The notes beneath the pieces are model-generated. The model was not told the origin of the DNA. It was given only the letters and a program-made list of their open reading frames with translations, and did not search any database. Made by a program: the position numbers and the translations under genes. 64,000 nt of DNA from Lingula anatina (lineage: Eukaryota > Animalia > Brachiopoda): NCBI GenBank assembly GCA_051362555.1, contig CM120644.1:10176954-10240953 (forward strand), read 5' to 3'. Shown in pieces: positions 51,647 to 64,000 of the stretch; within the stretch, counting starts at the first letter, position 1, and each line of letters starts with the position of its first letter.

Positions 51647-54600
51647 CATATAAACATACATAAATATACGTAGGGGGCATACATACACACATACATACAT
51701 GTACATATCAGACTATCAGCAATGAAGTACAGATTTTTTTTACCTTTTCAGTGCAGTAAGATATACCCTTTTCAATTAAAACTGAATTCTATAATTTAGA
51801 AGGGCAATTTCGGGGGGTTGGAGTACAATTTTTTTAAAAAATACAAGAATATATCTTACTTTCCCGGAATCAGTCCCTCTGCTGTATTTTCGTCCGCCTC
51901 ACTGTTGATGACTGCCAGGGCTGCCCCCGCAGCTTGTTTTGCGCAAAAGGATTTGGCAGAGTCAAAAACGGCTCCAGCTCCAGCATTTAAAGAGAAATAC
52001 TGGTAGCATTTGGAACCGTCACTTGTTGCTGCCCAGAAGTCGGTACCTGGGGGTCCCCCAACGCAAGCTAAATTAAAGAACAACTCTTTTATAAAACGAT
52101 CAGGCACAGGGGAGACCTACATCTATGTGCTTTAGTCACGCATTGCTATTTCACATGGATTATATTTATTAAAAATCTGTATCTGGACTTGCAATTTTGT
52201 CTACGTGTTGTTGTTCATGCTTATGACGCCAATGCCAAAAATATTTGCACACGTAAAATTCTTATACTTTTTAATGCAACATTTAACCCGACTTTTACTC
52301 GGAGAAATTAGTAATTCTATCTACATAGCACAGTAAATTTCATTACAATTTTTACGAATATGACTTTTAAATTATTAGCTCAACTTAGTTGACGCGTTGG
52401 GTCTCCTTCTCTTAGACCTCAGGTGGTTAACTGGTTAACTGAGAATGCAGGTGAAACATCCCCAGCCTTAATAAAGAGGGGGGGGGGGGACACGGGACAC
52501 GGGACAGGGCGATCTGTTCAGTTGATAATCTGCGTTCTTTGGAAACCGGTTGAAGTCTTCGAAAGGCAGACACATTTTTGTCAACTAGACAAAATAGTTA
52601 GTCCATAAATGTTAAATAACCCTTTTTAGACGTGGGATGCCGTTTACTTAAGTGTATATGGAAGCAGTTGAAATTATTTACAATCATTGATAATGACAGT
52701 AATAATAGTTACTATTATGTACAGATGTGAATAAGCAAATGGAAGTTATCATTACTATAAGATGGGAGAAATGTCTCTACTATGATAGCTCGCATATGAA
52801 AGTAGGAAACGCTCCGTTGTTGACTTAAGTGAATCAATAATTTAGGTCTAAATACTGAATAAAGCAAGTTTTTCAAATATTATAATGACGAGTATACTAA
52901 CATGCCAGTGTATTTATTTAACGTCAAATTTATGTTCAAAACTTTTTGACATAACTATACAATGTCTTCTGATGTTATCACATATTGTGCCGTCGCCGCT
53001 GAAACCAAACAGACAGGTGCAGGTGAAACTGCCCACGGTGTTGGCGCATGTGACATTTTCAGCGCAATTATCTGTGGCTAGGGCACATTCATCTACATCG
53101 GCACACTTTGTGCCGTCCCCTTTGAAACCAGCTAGGCAGGTGCAGGTGAAACTGCCCACGGTGTTGGCGCATGTGGCATTCTCAGCGCAATCATCTGTGG
53201 CTAGGGCACATTCGTCTACATCGGCACACGCTGTGCCGTCACCTTTGAAACCAGCTAGGCAGGTGCAGGTGAAACTGCCCACGGTGTTGACGCATGTGGC
53301 ATTTTCAGCGCAATTATCTGTGGCTAGGGCACATTCATCTACATCGGCACACTTTGTGCCGTCACCGGTGAAACCAGCTAGGCAGGTGCAGGTGAAACTG
53401 CCCACGGTGTTGGCGCATGTGGCATTCTCAGTGCAATCATCTGTGGATAGGGCACATTCGTCTACATCGAGACACGCTGTGCCGTCGCCGGTGAAACCAG
53501 CCAGGCAGGTGCAGGTGAAACTGCCCACTGTGTTGGCGCATGTGGCATTCTCAGCGCAATCATCTGTGGCTAGGGCACATTCGTCTACATCGACACACGT
53601 TGTGCCGTCGCCAGTGAAACCAGCTAGGAAGGTACAGGTGAAACTGCCCACGGTGTTGTTGCATAATTGAGGGCATGGGTATGGTACCTGGGTGCATTCG
53701 TCATAGTCTGGAATGTCTAAAAACAGCTTAGATCCCTATGTAGTGTTGTTACTTAATGGCCTAGACCACATCCTAATTCGGTCTTTGCATTGTTAACAGC
53801 ATAGTCAGCATATTAATTGGCCAACTTATTTACAGGTGAGCTGCCAGTTTTTAATGGCATGTGTCATTAAATAGGTGATGTCATAGATCAAGGCGTATAT
53901 TATGATACTAACAGGTGTAGCTAATAAAATGCAGTTTTATTCTAAGGATAATTGTTAAAGATTACTGCATAGATGTTTAAAGGGAAAGCATTCAAATCTT
54001 AATATTTTTACAACATAAAAAAATGGATTGATTAAAATAGGTAGTAAAGGGATGTGTAATCAAAGGTATAGCAGGAAAAGCTAGCAATGTTTCATTTTTA
54101 TATATTTTCTGAAAGCCTGTCCATTTTCCCAAGAGTAAACTGATCATTTTGATTACAAAAAGTGGTTATTATCCCTGTTAAAAAATGAGCTCAATGTTTT
54201 ATTTCATCCAGTGTACATCTTAACCTATGACAGCATGGAGAATTGAGAAAATGGCTTTTTAAAGGCACGATACATTTTGGAAGAATATAGGAAAAGTAAT
54301 GTATTGGTATGCTAATGTAACATTACTTTAGAATTATTATCATGTTTAAAATAATACCAAGTACAATTTTTTAAACCTAGACGATTGATGTTGGTCAGTT
54401 ACAGTAGTTTTGAGATAACTGTGGTACAGTGACTGTGATAAGGTTGATCATACTTTTCATGTCGGTTTTTCAAGTAAACCTTGTGATCTTTATGAATCAA
54501 GTAAATTTTAATTAATCAGCTGTGAAAAACTGGGGTGAACATCAAGTTGCAGTGACTGTGATCATGCTGATCAAAAGCACCTTTAAGACTGATAATTTGT

Positions 54601-56828
54601 TTCTCCCGAAAAAGTTGCGATATAAATGTGCGTGAAAATACACTCTTGCCTAAAATGGTTGATGCACGGAAATTTTGGGATGCATATCGCCCTGTTTCTT
54701 TCATTGTTATTGATATTATCAAATTAATATTGTTTATATTGTGAAATATGTGAAGCTGGAGAATTAGTAAAGTCAAGGAGAAACAACCAATGCAAATGTG
54801 AAAAAAGCGTTAATTTATTTAGGGTTTTTTTTTCAGGCCCCCCCAAAAGAGTACTTTTTTTTACATAACAGTACCAAGTAAAAAATTAAACATAAATTTG
54901 TACTGTAATTGACAATCAATATGAAATTAGGGGAAATTGTCAAGAAACATCTTCAGAGTTCATTATTAATCTCAATAGCGGGTATGCCCACCCCGAGCTT
55001 GGATAATGGCCTCCAGACGGCGTGGCATAATGTGAACTAGAGTTACAGCTTTTTGGAGAGGAATTCTGGTCCATTCATCTTGAAGCGCATCTCGCAGTTC
55101 ATCTAGATTTCCAGGGGACTGTTTCTCCTCTGAATAGCACGACCAAATTCGTCCCACATGTGCTCAATTGGGTTTGCATCAGGGCTTCTTGCTGGCTGTG
55201 GCATCAGCTGAATGTTGTTTTGTCGGATATAGTCTGCAATTAAGCGGGCTGTGTGGGGAGTTGCATTGTCATGTTGCAATCTAAAATTGTCTCTGTATAC
55301 CCCTCTTGCGAACGGCTCCAGGTTCTGCTGGAGAATGTCTCTGTATCTGGCAGCGTTAAGGTTTTCGTCCCTAGGAAGCAATGGGCAAATACCGTTGCTG
55401 CAAATGGCACACCAAACATGTACAGAACCACCTCCTCCAGCTATGAGAGTGCGTAGGCTCCCTGGGTAGAGGCTGTTAACTGAAAATATCCGAGAAACAA
55501 TAGCTGGAGGAGGTGGTACTGAACGTGTTTGGTTGCCATTTTCAGCAACGGTATTTGCCCACTGCTTCCTCTGGATGAAACCCTGAACTGCGAGATGCCC
55601 TTCAAGATGAATGGACCAGAATTCCTCTCCAAAAAGCTGTAACTCTAGTTCACAGTATGTCACTCCGTCTGGCGGTCATTATCCAAGCTCGGGGTGGGCA
55701 TACCCGCTATTGAGATAAATAATGAACTCTGAAGATGTTTCTTGACAATTTCCCCTAATTTCATATTGATTGTCAATCACAGTATAAATATACGTTTAAT
55801 TTTTCACTTGGTATTGTCATGTATAAAAAGTACTCTTTTGGGGGCATGAGAAAAAAAAACCTAAATAAATTAACGCTTTTTTCACAATTGCATTGGTTGT
55901 TTCTCCTTGACTTTACCAATCCTCCAGCTTCACATATTTAACAATATAAACAGTATTAATTTGGTAATATTAATAATAATGAAAGAAACAGGGCGATATG
56001 CATCCCAAAATTTCCGTGTGCCAACCATTTTGGGCACAAGTGTATATAGTTAAGCTATTAAATCATAATTTTCCCTTTTAATTTATCCTTAACAAAATGC
56101 AGATATTTCCAAGAAAGCTGAACAAAATATTAAGAATATTGTCACCCTTCGCCTACTGCCTTACATACATTCTTTTGGGTAATACGTGAATCTTCAGTGT
56201 TCGGTGACTAATTAAATAAACATCTACACATGGCATCCTACATGTGACGCCATTATTGCGATTTTAGGGTAAAAGATACAGCCCTGAGAGTTTAAAATTG
56301 GGGATTTAGCCATACGTTTTATCGCCAAAGGTTCTAACGAAATTAAAGAGTGGAAAGTCTGATAGATAGGGGGGATTCCAGTGTGAATTGACAGGTTGGA
56401 AGGTATGTGACCAAGACCCCTGACTTGATCAGGAGTGCTGACAAGTAATACAGCATGATTGTATCAATAAGAGTACTTCCATATGTCTGTAAGGGCAATT
56501 CATTAAAAATTACATTCTTTGTAATAATAGATGTTGCACTCTCTCTCTCTCTCTCTCTCTCTCTGCGTGTGTGTGTGTGTGTGTGTGTGTGGAGAGAGAA
56601 GGAGATAAACAAACTAAAAAAGTTGCTACTTACCCGTACACGTGGAACCATCACCTGTACTGACATATCCAACTCTGCAAACACAGGTACAGCCAATCAC
56701 ATTCTGTGGTGGCGGGCACGGTGCATTGAAAAAGAGCTGGCAAAAGATCCCACCAAACAGATTGGAGACCAAGTATATTTGTGGGTTTGGAATGCATTCA
56801 GCCTCGGGAGCACACTGCGCTGCAGTTA
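51052..56828 (-). CDS. Calcium-binding EGF repeat protein with C-terminal C-type lectin domain (5' exon not found; possibly degenerating)
   Basis: Exons 56828-56634 (EGF-like with insert), 53716-~52960 (six EGF-Ca units DVDEC..C..C.NTVGSFTCTC; donor uncertain), 52067-51860 and 51283-51052 (CTLD: KCYQYF, AKSFC, WIGL, WQWID, ECGAI, WKAQKC, AICQ). Confidence 0.75.
52980..53660 (-). repeat. 120-bp coding tandem repeat (EGF-Ca units)
   Basis: Near-identical 120-bp units, e.g. CAGGTGCAGGTGAAACTGCCCAC every 120 bp. Confidence 0.9.
54641..56042 (-). mobile_element. Defective Tc1 (DD34E) element rearranged into a foldback
   Basis: TA flanks, TIR CACTCTTGCCTAAAATGGTTG / CAACCATTTTGGGCACAAGTG. Transposase fragments QHDNATPH..SPDANPIEHMW (34 residues between D and E) and ARGGHTRY. 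Confidence 0.85.
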
Positions 56829-57121
56829 CTGAAAAATATCAAAGTGCTGTCTTTATGTGGTGTTCATTACTCGAGAAAAAGAAAACTTTAAATAGAAAGG
56901 GCACAAGTTTAAGTCTACTTCAATCCAGTAAATATCAGCCGTTTGCTGCGTCAACCCAGCTAACACAGAACGTTAATATAACGGCACAATATATATATAA
57001 CAAACGTTATGGTATCGTTAGGGTAACGTTATTTAAAACGCTCTGTGCTTGCTGGGAATGGGGATCTTTAACCTGTCTTAGAAATTGTAAGACATAACTC
57101 AGGTTTAAGACAGTTAGTATG

Positions 57122-57122
<1 letters not shown>

Positions 57123-57183
<61 letters not shown>
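57123..57183. repeat. (TA)n microsatellite
   Basis: Directly visible. Confidence 0.95.
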
Positions 57184-57185
<2 letters not shown>

Positions 57186-57805
57186 AAATAATGCTGCTTT
57201 TGTTAGCCTTCGATTTAAGATATTACAGTTGATCACATCACAGCTGTGTATCATTTTCAAGAGTGCTTTTGGTTCCAAAAGCCATCTCTCACATGGTTCA
57301 GTTACGATACAGAAAAAAGTTTAGGATAAAAAATATATTTATATATTTTTTTTTATTATTATTCAAATTAAAATATAAACTCCCTCAAATCTGATGCGAA
57401 GCAATTTTCATACAGACGTATTTAATATCAATAAAAGTAAAAGGCATCACTCAGTATTATCACACAGCATCAGAATGTGATTTTTAAAGGACATATTATG
57501 TCTACCGCGTACTTAATTACCTCCTGTACCAGGCGGCGCGACGTGCCTTCAGCAATGGTTACAAATCAGTTTATTTATTGCCCCTTTCTTCCCAAAGATC
57601 TTTTCAGATATGGTCCATGTCATGAGGATGTTGATTCTTCCCTTGAGCGGGTACTCTAATTAGCGGCGCTTTTTCAGTTTTATATATTTCTTTCTATGAT
57701 TATCATTTTGGAAAAATAACTCTTTAACACTGTTAATTCTAGTCGTGATGTGATTATTTGTAGACACATGGTATTGGAGGTGTGACAATATTTTTGGTCG
57801 GGAAT

Positions 57806-57806
<1 letters not shown>

Positions 57807-57860
<54 letters not shown>
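57807..57860. repeat. (TTA)n microsatellite
   Basis: Directly visible. Confidence 0.95.
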
Positions 57861-60261
57861 GACGGTGTAATGTGGTGATCCAGACCAACGTCCTTTCTAA
57901 AATTTTCCCCTGTATGCGCCTGTCTGTACCGTCCTTTAATTTCTGGTACATTTGTTCCAGGCAGGAGAAGTGCGACTATGAACCCATTCCCATAGACACA
58001 CCATCAATCTACGTGTTCGACCCTACTCTGCATGTAGGGACTTTTGCAAAGAGCAATGGGGTTAATTAAATGACGCGCCTCCTTTTGTTTCCGGCCTGCT
58101 CGTTTTATTACTACCCTGAGTGTCAGAGCAACGTAAAAGCTAGCTTGTTAAATATACCTTGTGATGGAGTCGCTTTTACTAGCTCTGACGAACAGCGACA
58201 GTCTGAGGGCGTTCTTCTTCAAAATTTTGCCTGGGGCGCTTCCATATTTGGAAGTCACACATCACAGCTGTGTCCGCCTGGATCCATATTTAGAAGTCAT
58301 AAGTCTCGTGGATCACAGGTTTGGCCGCCTGGAGCTGCCTTTCCCGCCTTGCGCTGACATAATCTCGTGCAGACGAGACAAGAATCAAAATGTCTGACGC
58401 GGATTTAGAAGTTTGAATTGAAAAACTTTGCAGTCGCAGGTCAGTGTCACAATACAAGCAACATTCTAGTTTAAAAATTTATTTTGGTGTAGCCGTTGCG
58501 CAGCCCTTATAGTGGTATCGGGCATCCAGTGTAGCTGTCAAACTTGGCACACGGCAAGCACGTGTATTGTGCACGTGTATATCTCAGGACTAAATGTTTT
58601 TGATAAGCAAAAAATACAAAAACATTGGATATACCTTTTTCTTTTAGTAACATATCATTTATTTCCCACTCTACATATCTTAAATACAGCAAATAAAATT
58701 AAATAAAGCAGAATTAAATCTATTTTACGTTTCATTTTGGTCTGATGACATTCAACTGCAGATTCACTGCGGAGCAGTTCTAGTTGATTGAAGGAAGCCT
58801 AACAAGGCCGCTGTGCACTAAAGCCTGGTATTGCGATATGGGTTATATATGAAATCAAGATCGAGCTGGCAATACCGGAATCTAGAACCTAGGGTATTTA
58901 TTACCAGCCTTTCTGTACTCTACTTATCGCCAGGAGGAAGCGTGTGAATCTTTGGAGCGGACTGCACTCAGCTAGAAACCCCACAGACTGATCCACGCAG
59001 ATTGGTGTTCATAAGAATGCACCCTTTAACCAGAGGCTGGAAATCCCAACTGGGTACCCTCCTTCTATAAAATACCCGGTCGTATATCATTTTCATTTGA
59101 AGTATATTTGCCTTTAGCGAGACTTCGTAAATCACAAGATATACACATGAGCATTGACTTTTGTGTGTTGTCTGACAATCGTGACATTTCTGAGGGAGCT
59201 ATTTAAAGACTGCAATTTTGACGCCGAAGACGACAGACTGGTGCCCAGTACCAGACTGTCGCAGATAATCATGTACACTTTTCTCTTACTGACTGACAGT
59301 GCAGAAAAGTACCATCATTGATTTTGAGACATATCTGTGTATATCTGGTGAAAAATCAAATGTGGTCGCTGGTAAAAGGAAACAGAATGGAACGAAGCCT
59401 CAGCGGAACAAAAATGGACGCACAATGAAAGAATTATGATAAATGAACGACACTATTTTAGAAGTGTTTCATATTATTCCAAATGCAAAAATCTAATCTG
59501 AATTTGAAAATATAATAATAATAATAATAAAACGCATATATGTCAAACATATAAGCTATTAGCAAACGGATCTTCAATGGTTCTTATTTTCTGAAAACAT
59601 GGTTAATTTTTTTAGTTCCGTTTCAGGGTTGCATCCCCTAGGGAGGGTGATAGAATACTATTTGCGTCACACCACGTGACTGCGTTTTGGCCATAAAAGG
59701 GTTATTATGATGAAAGTCCTGTATAGACGTGCCAAAATGTATGTTTTTTCATTACGCCGCTGGTTTAGCACCCGTTTTCTAGGCCATGCAAACAGAGCAG
59801 GGACAAGAGCGTAACGTTACGTTTAAACGGCTTTCCAAATCACAATTCTTTCACAATGTGGGCTGTGCCTGTCTTCTATGAACAATTAAGCCTCATATTA
59901 CCACCACTTCTAACGGCAAAATTGCGGCTATAAACCAGAAAATTGCCAAAATTAGTTGCCAAAATACATGTTAGGTGCTTTCTGACCACAGGCAGCATTA
60001 GTAGTCTATTACAAAATTATTGTGTGGTTTTGTTAACTATTTTAGATATTTCAATTCTGTCCACGACTTTTTGAATTGATTTATTTTATCATATACAGAC
60101 ACGTCTACATTTTTACACTTGATCGGTCTGTCTGTCGCGTCGTCGCTGTTGCTGTCCGACATGACGTTCGCCAATTAACTGGCTTGCCGTATTTTTATTT
60201 TACTTTAAATGTACTGCGTGGTTTTGTTTGGTAAAGAGGCGGGTATACATTTACGGTAATT

Positions 60262-63200
60262 ATTGTACCACCAGCGTTAGCGCTGGCGGTACACATGGTT
60301 TTAGTCCCGTCCGGATCGTTCCGCCGGCTCCGCCGGACGGCTACCGTTACCGCTTCTCCTCCTAAACGGTAAGGGCCTCCGTACCCATCTCTTGGATTTA
60401 GGTCACCTATAATCTCAACTCGTTCCACGTAAAATTTGGGCTTTGTCGGTATTGGGGTCCAGGTGTGGCACTCATTGCAATGCACCCTTGTCTAAAAATG
60501 GCAAAATTAAATGCTAATTATCTACCCTATGGAAGGAATTATGGGAAAAATTTCTACAGACGGCTTTCCAAAAGTCATATGTGTAGATTTCAAATATGCC
60601 CTTGGATTTGACCTTTGACCTTTTTTTCAAGGTCAAATGGGTCGAAATTTTCAAAAAAATGAATTTTTTTATGAAAAAAAAATTATTTGCCCTGTTATTC
60701 AGACACCACACAGACTTAACCAATAATATTATTGGAAAGTGTTACCCTTCAGGTCATCTTTCATCTCCGTGAATTTGGGGTCAATCGGTGCATTTTCACG
60801 GGAGTAGCGGCCATAAGATACCGTAACTGAAAACTGTCTCTAATTCGGGAACCGTTAATGCTAGAGACCCATTCTTTTTTGCATTTTGTAGAGCATGTAA
60901 AGCCCAACACTGGAAGTTGTCTCCGTTTTTTGTATTCCATACGGTTTTCGAGTTACGCTGTATCAAAAAGTACATATTGGTGGTGAAAGCAAAATGTGCA
61001 GTACGGTAATGGATAATAAATTTTGAACTCCGGAAAAATAAAACATAAGGCTTGGCGAGGCAGACAACCTGTGGTCAAAAATGGCATTATTTCATCAAAT
61101 TTGAACATCTGGAACTTCAGAGCACCTCCCATTTCAAGAATTTTGACCAAAATGACCTTTTCTTTATTTTAATTAATTTTTTCTGTGCAAAATTTATGGC
61201 ACATTATTGTAACTCCAAAATTATAACATTTTAGTCCCTTATATCTCCAAAACTGGCAGAGATAGGTCTATGGTTACTATTGAACTTGAATAGGAAGTCA
61301 TATACTGGCAATCTAAATGTGACCTTGAAATTGACCTTTGACCTACTTTACACCATAAACTGAACTTTGCAACTTTTTAATGCTTTTATTTTCAAAACTG
61401 GCAGAGATCCGCCCATAGTTACTATTGAATTTGAATAGAAAGTCATACGAGGCAATTTACTGTGACCTTAAAATTGATCTTACACACACTGGACAAAAGA
61501 AGTGTCACCCCTACTGTGCCAATACTATGGGGGAGATAAATGACTGTGGAATGATATGCTCCTGGTATCATTTTATTAACATCAAATTTCACAAAAAATC
61601 ACAAAATGAGAACAAAATATACATTCTACCAAAATATGCAGTTTCAAGTCCAAAATTAGTACTTAGTGGCATAACCACGTGACCTAATAATAGGTGCCAG
61701 TCTACGAAGCAAGGTTTCATATAATTGTCTGATGCGTTCAGGGCTTATGCTGGCCCAAGCATGAAACACTGAATATAACAGAGTTTCTCTGCTGGTTAGA
61801 CGGGCATTTGTCAAAAGTTTTGACATATCATTCCACACATTTTCTATTATGTTTGCATCCGGACTCTGGGCAGGCCACATCACCCTGCGAATGTCCTGTT
61901 GGTCAAACCAATCATCAACTGCTCTGGGCCTGTGACAAGGAGCATTGTCATCCTGGTGAACAAATGGATAATTCCTGTCACCAAACATGTCAGTAATAGA
62001 TGGTAGCAAGCCTGACTCCAAAACATCGATATATTTCTAGTGATTCATGTTTCCATTAACAACTATCAATTCGCCCAAGCCATGGATGCTGATGCAGCCC
62101 CACACCATGATGAATATGCTGCTCCGGGTTCGAAAATTCAGTGCATGTGGTTCAAATGCTTTACCATCAGTTTGCCAGCATAGTACCCGTCTGTCATCAG
62201 AGGTCAGACCAAAGCGACACTCATCAGAAAAATATATAGGACCAATTGTCATAAACTGTCCAGTTCCAGATCCCGTTGACCCTAGTTTACTCTACGTTGC
62301 CTGTTTTGTAACGATATAAGAGGTTTCAGTCTTGCTACCCTGCTGTACACTCTCTGAGCATGTAACCGACGCCTAGCAATTTTCACATACACATTCTTAT
62401 GTGTGAAATTGTTCCACTGTGTTGTCAACTGACAAGCAGTGTCGAACTTTGACAACCTGGACATCAAAATCAGTCGTCGGTCTTCACGGCCAGTATTTTT
62501 TCTTGGACGACCCATCAGAGGCAATTTGTCTCTTGATCCAGTGTTTCTATACCGAGACCAGACCCTCTGCACGGTTCTGACTGAACAATTCAATTGTATC
62601 GATATTCTGACATTGCTTATATTCCGCCTCTTCAGGTTAACAACTTGCACCTATAACCGTTAGATAATTGCCTGTATCTTGCCATATTGGAGGAAGACAG
62701 GAATAACATTTGCTGTACATGTACAAGACCAACAATACAATTCAATGGTATAGCGGTTTTATACTCATTAGTCACATTATAAGTAGACCTGGCATTACAA
62801 ATACCCAAGATCTACCTACTTTTATTACTCTGAGTTAGGGGGTGACACTTCTTTTGTCCAGTGTGTGTAGACCTACTTTTAACCATGAACTGAACTTTGC
62901 AAATTTTGTTCCCTTTTATCTCCAAAACTAGCAGAGATAGGTCCATAGTTACTATTGAACTTAAATAGAAAGTCATATACTGGCAATCTTAATGTGACCT
63001 TGAATTGACCTTTGACCTACTTTTCATAATGAATTTAACTTTGCAAATTTTGGTTCCCTTTTATTTCCAAAACTGACAAGATACGCCCATAGTTACTATT
63101 GAATTTGAATAGGAAGTCATATACTGGCAATCTAAGTGTGACCTTGAAATTTACGTTTGACCTACTTTTTACCATGAACTTAACATTGCAAATTTTAGTT

Positions 63201-64000
63201 CCCTTTTATCTCCAAAACTGGCAAAAATACGCCCATAGTAACTATTAAACTTGAATAGAAGTCATAAGAGGCAATCTAAGTGTGACCTTGAAATTGTTCT
63301 TTCACCTACTTTTCATCATGAATTGAAGTTTACAAATTTTGGTTCCTTTTTATCTCCAAAACTGGCAGAGATAGTTACTATTGAACTTGAATAGGAAGTC
63401 ATATACTGGCAATCTAAATGTGACCTTGAAATTGACCTTTGACCTACTTTTAACCATGAACTGAACTTTGCAACTTTTTAATGCTTTTATTTTCAAAACT
63501 AGCAGAGATACGCCCATAGTTACTATTGAATTTGAATAGAAAGTCATACCAGGCAATTTACTGTGACCTTAAAATTGACCTTTGACCTACTTTTAACCCT
63601 GAACTGAACTTTGCAAATTTTGTTCCCTTTTATCTCCAAAACTGGCAGAGATAGGTCTATGGTTACTATTGAACTTGAATAGGAAGTCATATACTGGCAA
63701 TCTAAATGTGACCTTGAAATTGACCCCTGACCTACTTTTCATCATGAATTGAACTTTGCAAATTTTGGTTCCCTTTTATCTCCAAAACTGGCAGAGATAG
63801 GTCCATAGTTACTATTTAATTTGAATATGAAGTCATATACTGGCAATCTAAATGTGACCTTGAAATTGACCTTTGACCTACTTTACACCATAAACTGAAC
63901 TTTGCAACTTTTTAATGCTTTTATTTTCAAAACTGGCAGAGATGGGCCCATAGTTACTATTGAATTTGAATAGAAAGTCATACAAGGCAATCTAAGTGTG
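60262..64000 (+). mobile_element. HINE family B copy 3 (runs off window end), interrupted by Tc1
   Basis: 5' subTIR ATTGTACCACCAGC at 60262, body closely similar to 11393-12390, 146-bp satellite from about 61240 to the end. Confidence 0.85.
61483..62867 (-). mobile_element. Tc1-family transposon with both TIRs and a disrupted DD34E transposase
   Basis: 29-bp TIR CACACACTGGACAAAAGAAGTGTCACCCC, TA TSD. Split ORFs 62650-62282 (HTH, GRPRK), 62252-62037 (FSDECRF, MVWGCI) and 62021-61656 (QDDNAPCH..SPDANIIENVW). Confidence 0.92.

Noticed and set aside
52885-53670. 261-aa plus-strand repeat ORF
   Set aside because: Antisense frame of the EGF-Ca repeats. A stop-free unit repeated in tandem stays open by default.
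57480-59900. Possible 5' exon(s) of the EGF-lectin gene, or SINE/MITE fragments in moderately GC-rich DNA
   Set aside because: I could not establish a convincing signal-peptide exon, pol III boxes, TIR pair or TSD by eye.

Overview
AT-rich, intron-containing eukaryotic DNA. It looks like an invertebrate animal; lophotrochozoan is only an inference from repeat style. Six spliced protein-coding genes were rebuilt by hand from GT-AG junctions. (1) The 3' part of an LRR/LRRCT-mucin stalk-coiled coil single-pass membrane protein (+, 6891-20411). (2) CISD3/MiNT (-), head-to-head with (3) SPAG6 (+). (4) PSMB3 (+). (5) A 14-exon DTHD1-like ZU5/UPA-like protein with two death domains (-). (6) An EGF-Ca repeat / C-type lectin gene (-, 5' end not found). 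Introns and intergenic DNA are filled with non-autonomous Helentron-like (HINE/DINE-1-type) elements carrying tandem arrays, including a 146-bp satellite with nuclear-receptor DR1 sites. There are also two decayed Tc1 elements, several palindromic MITEs, a 935-bp near-perfect foldback whose target-site duplication copies a splice donor, and a CR1/L2 LINE remnant. The most notable points are the CISD3-SPAG6-PSMB3 linkage, which matches genes split between the human 17q12 and 10p12 paralogons, and the nested Helentron-satellite system. No RNA genes or CRISPR arrays are supported.
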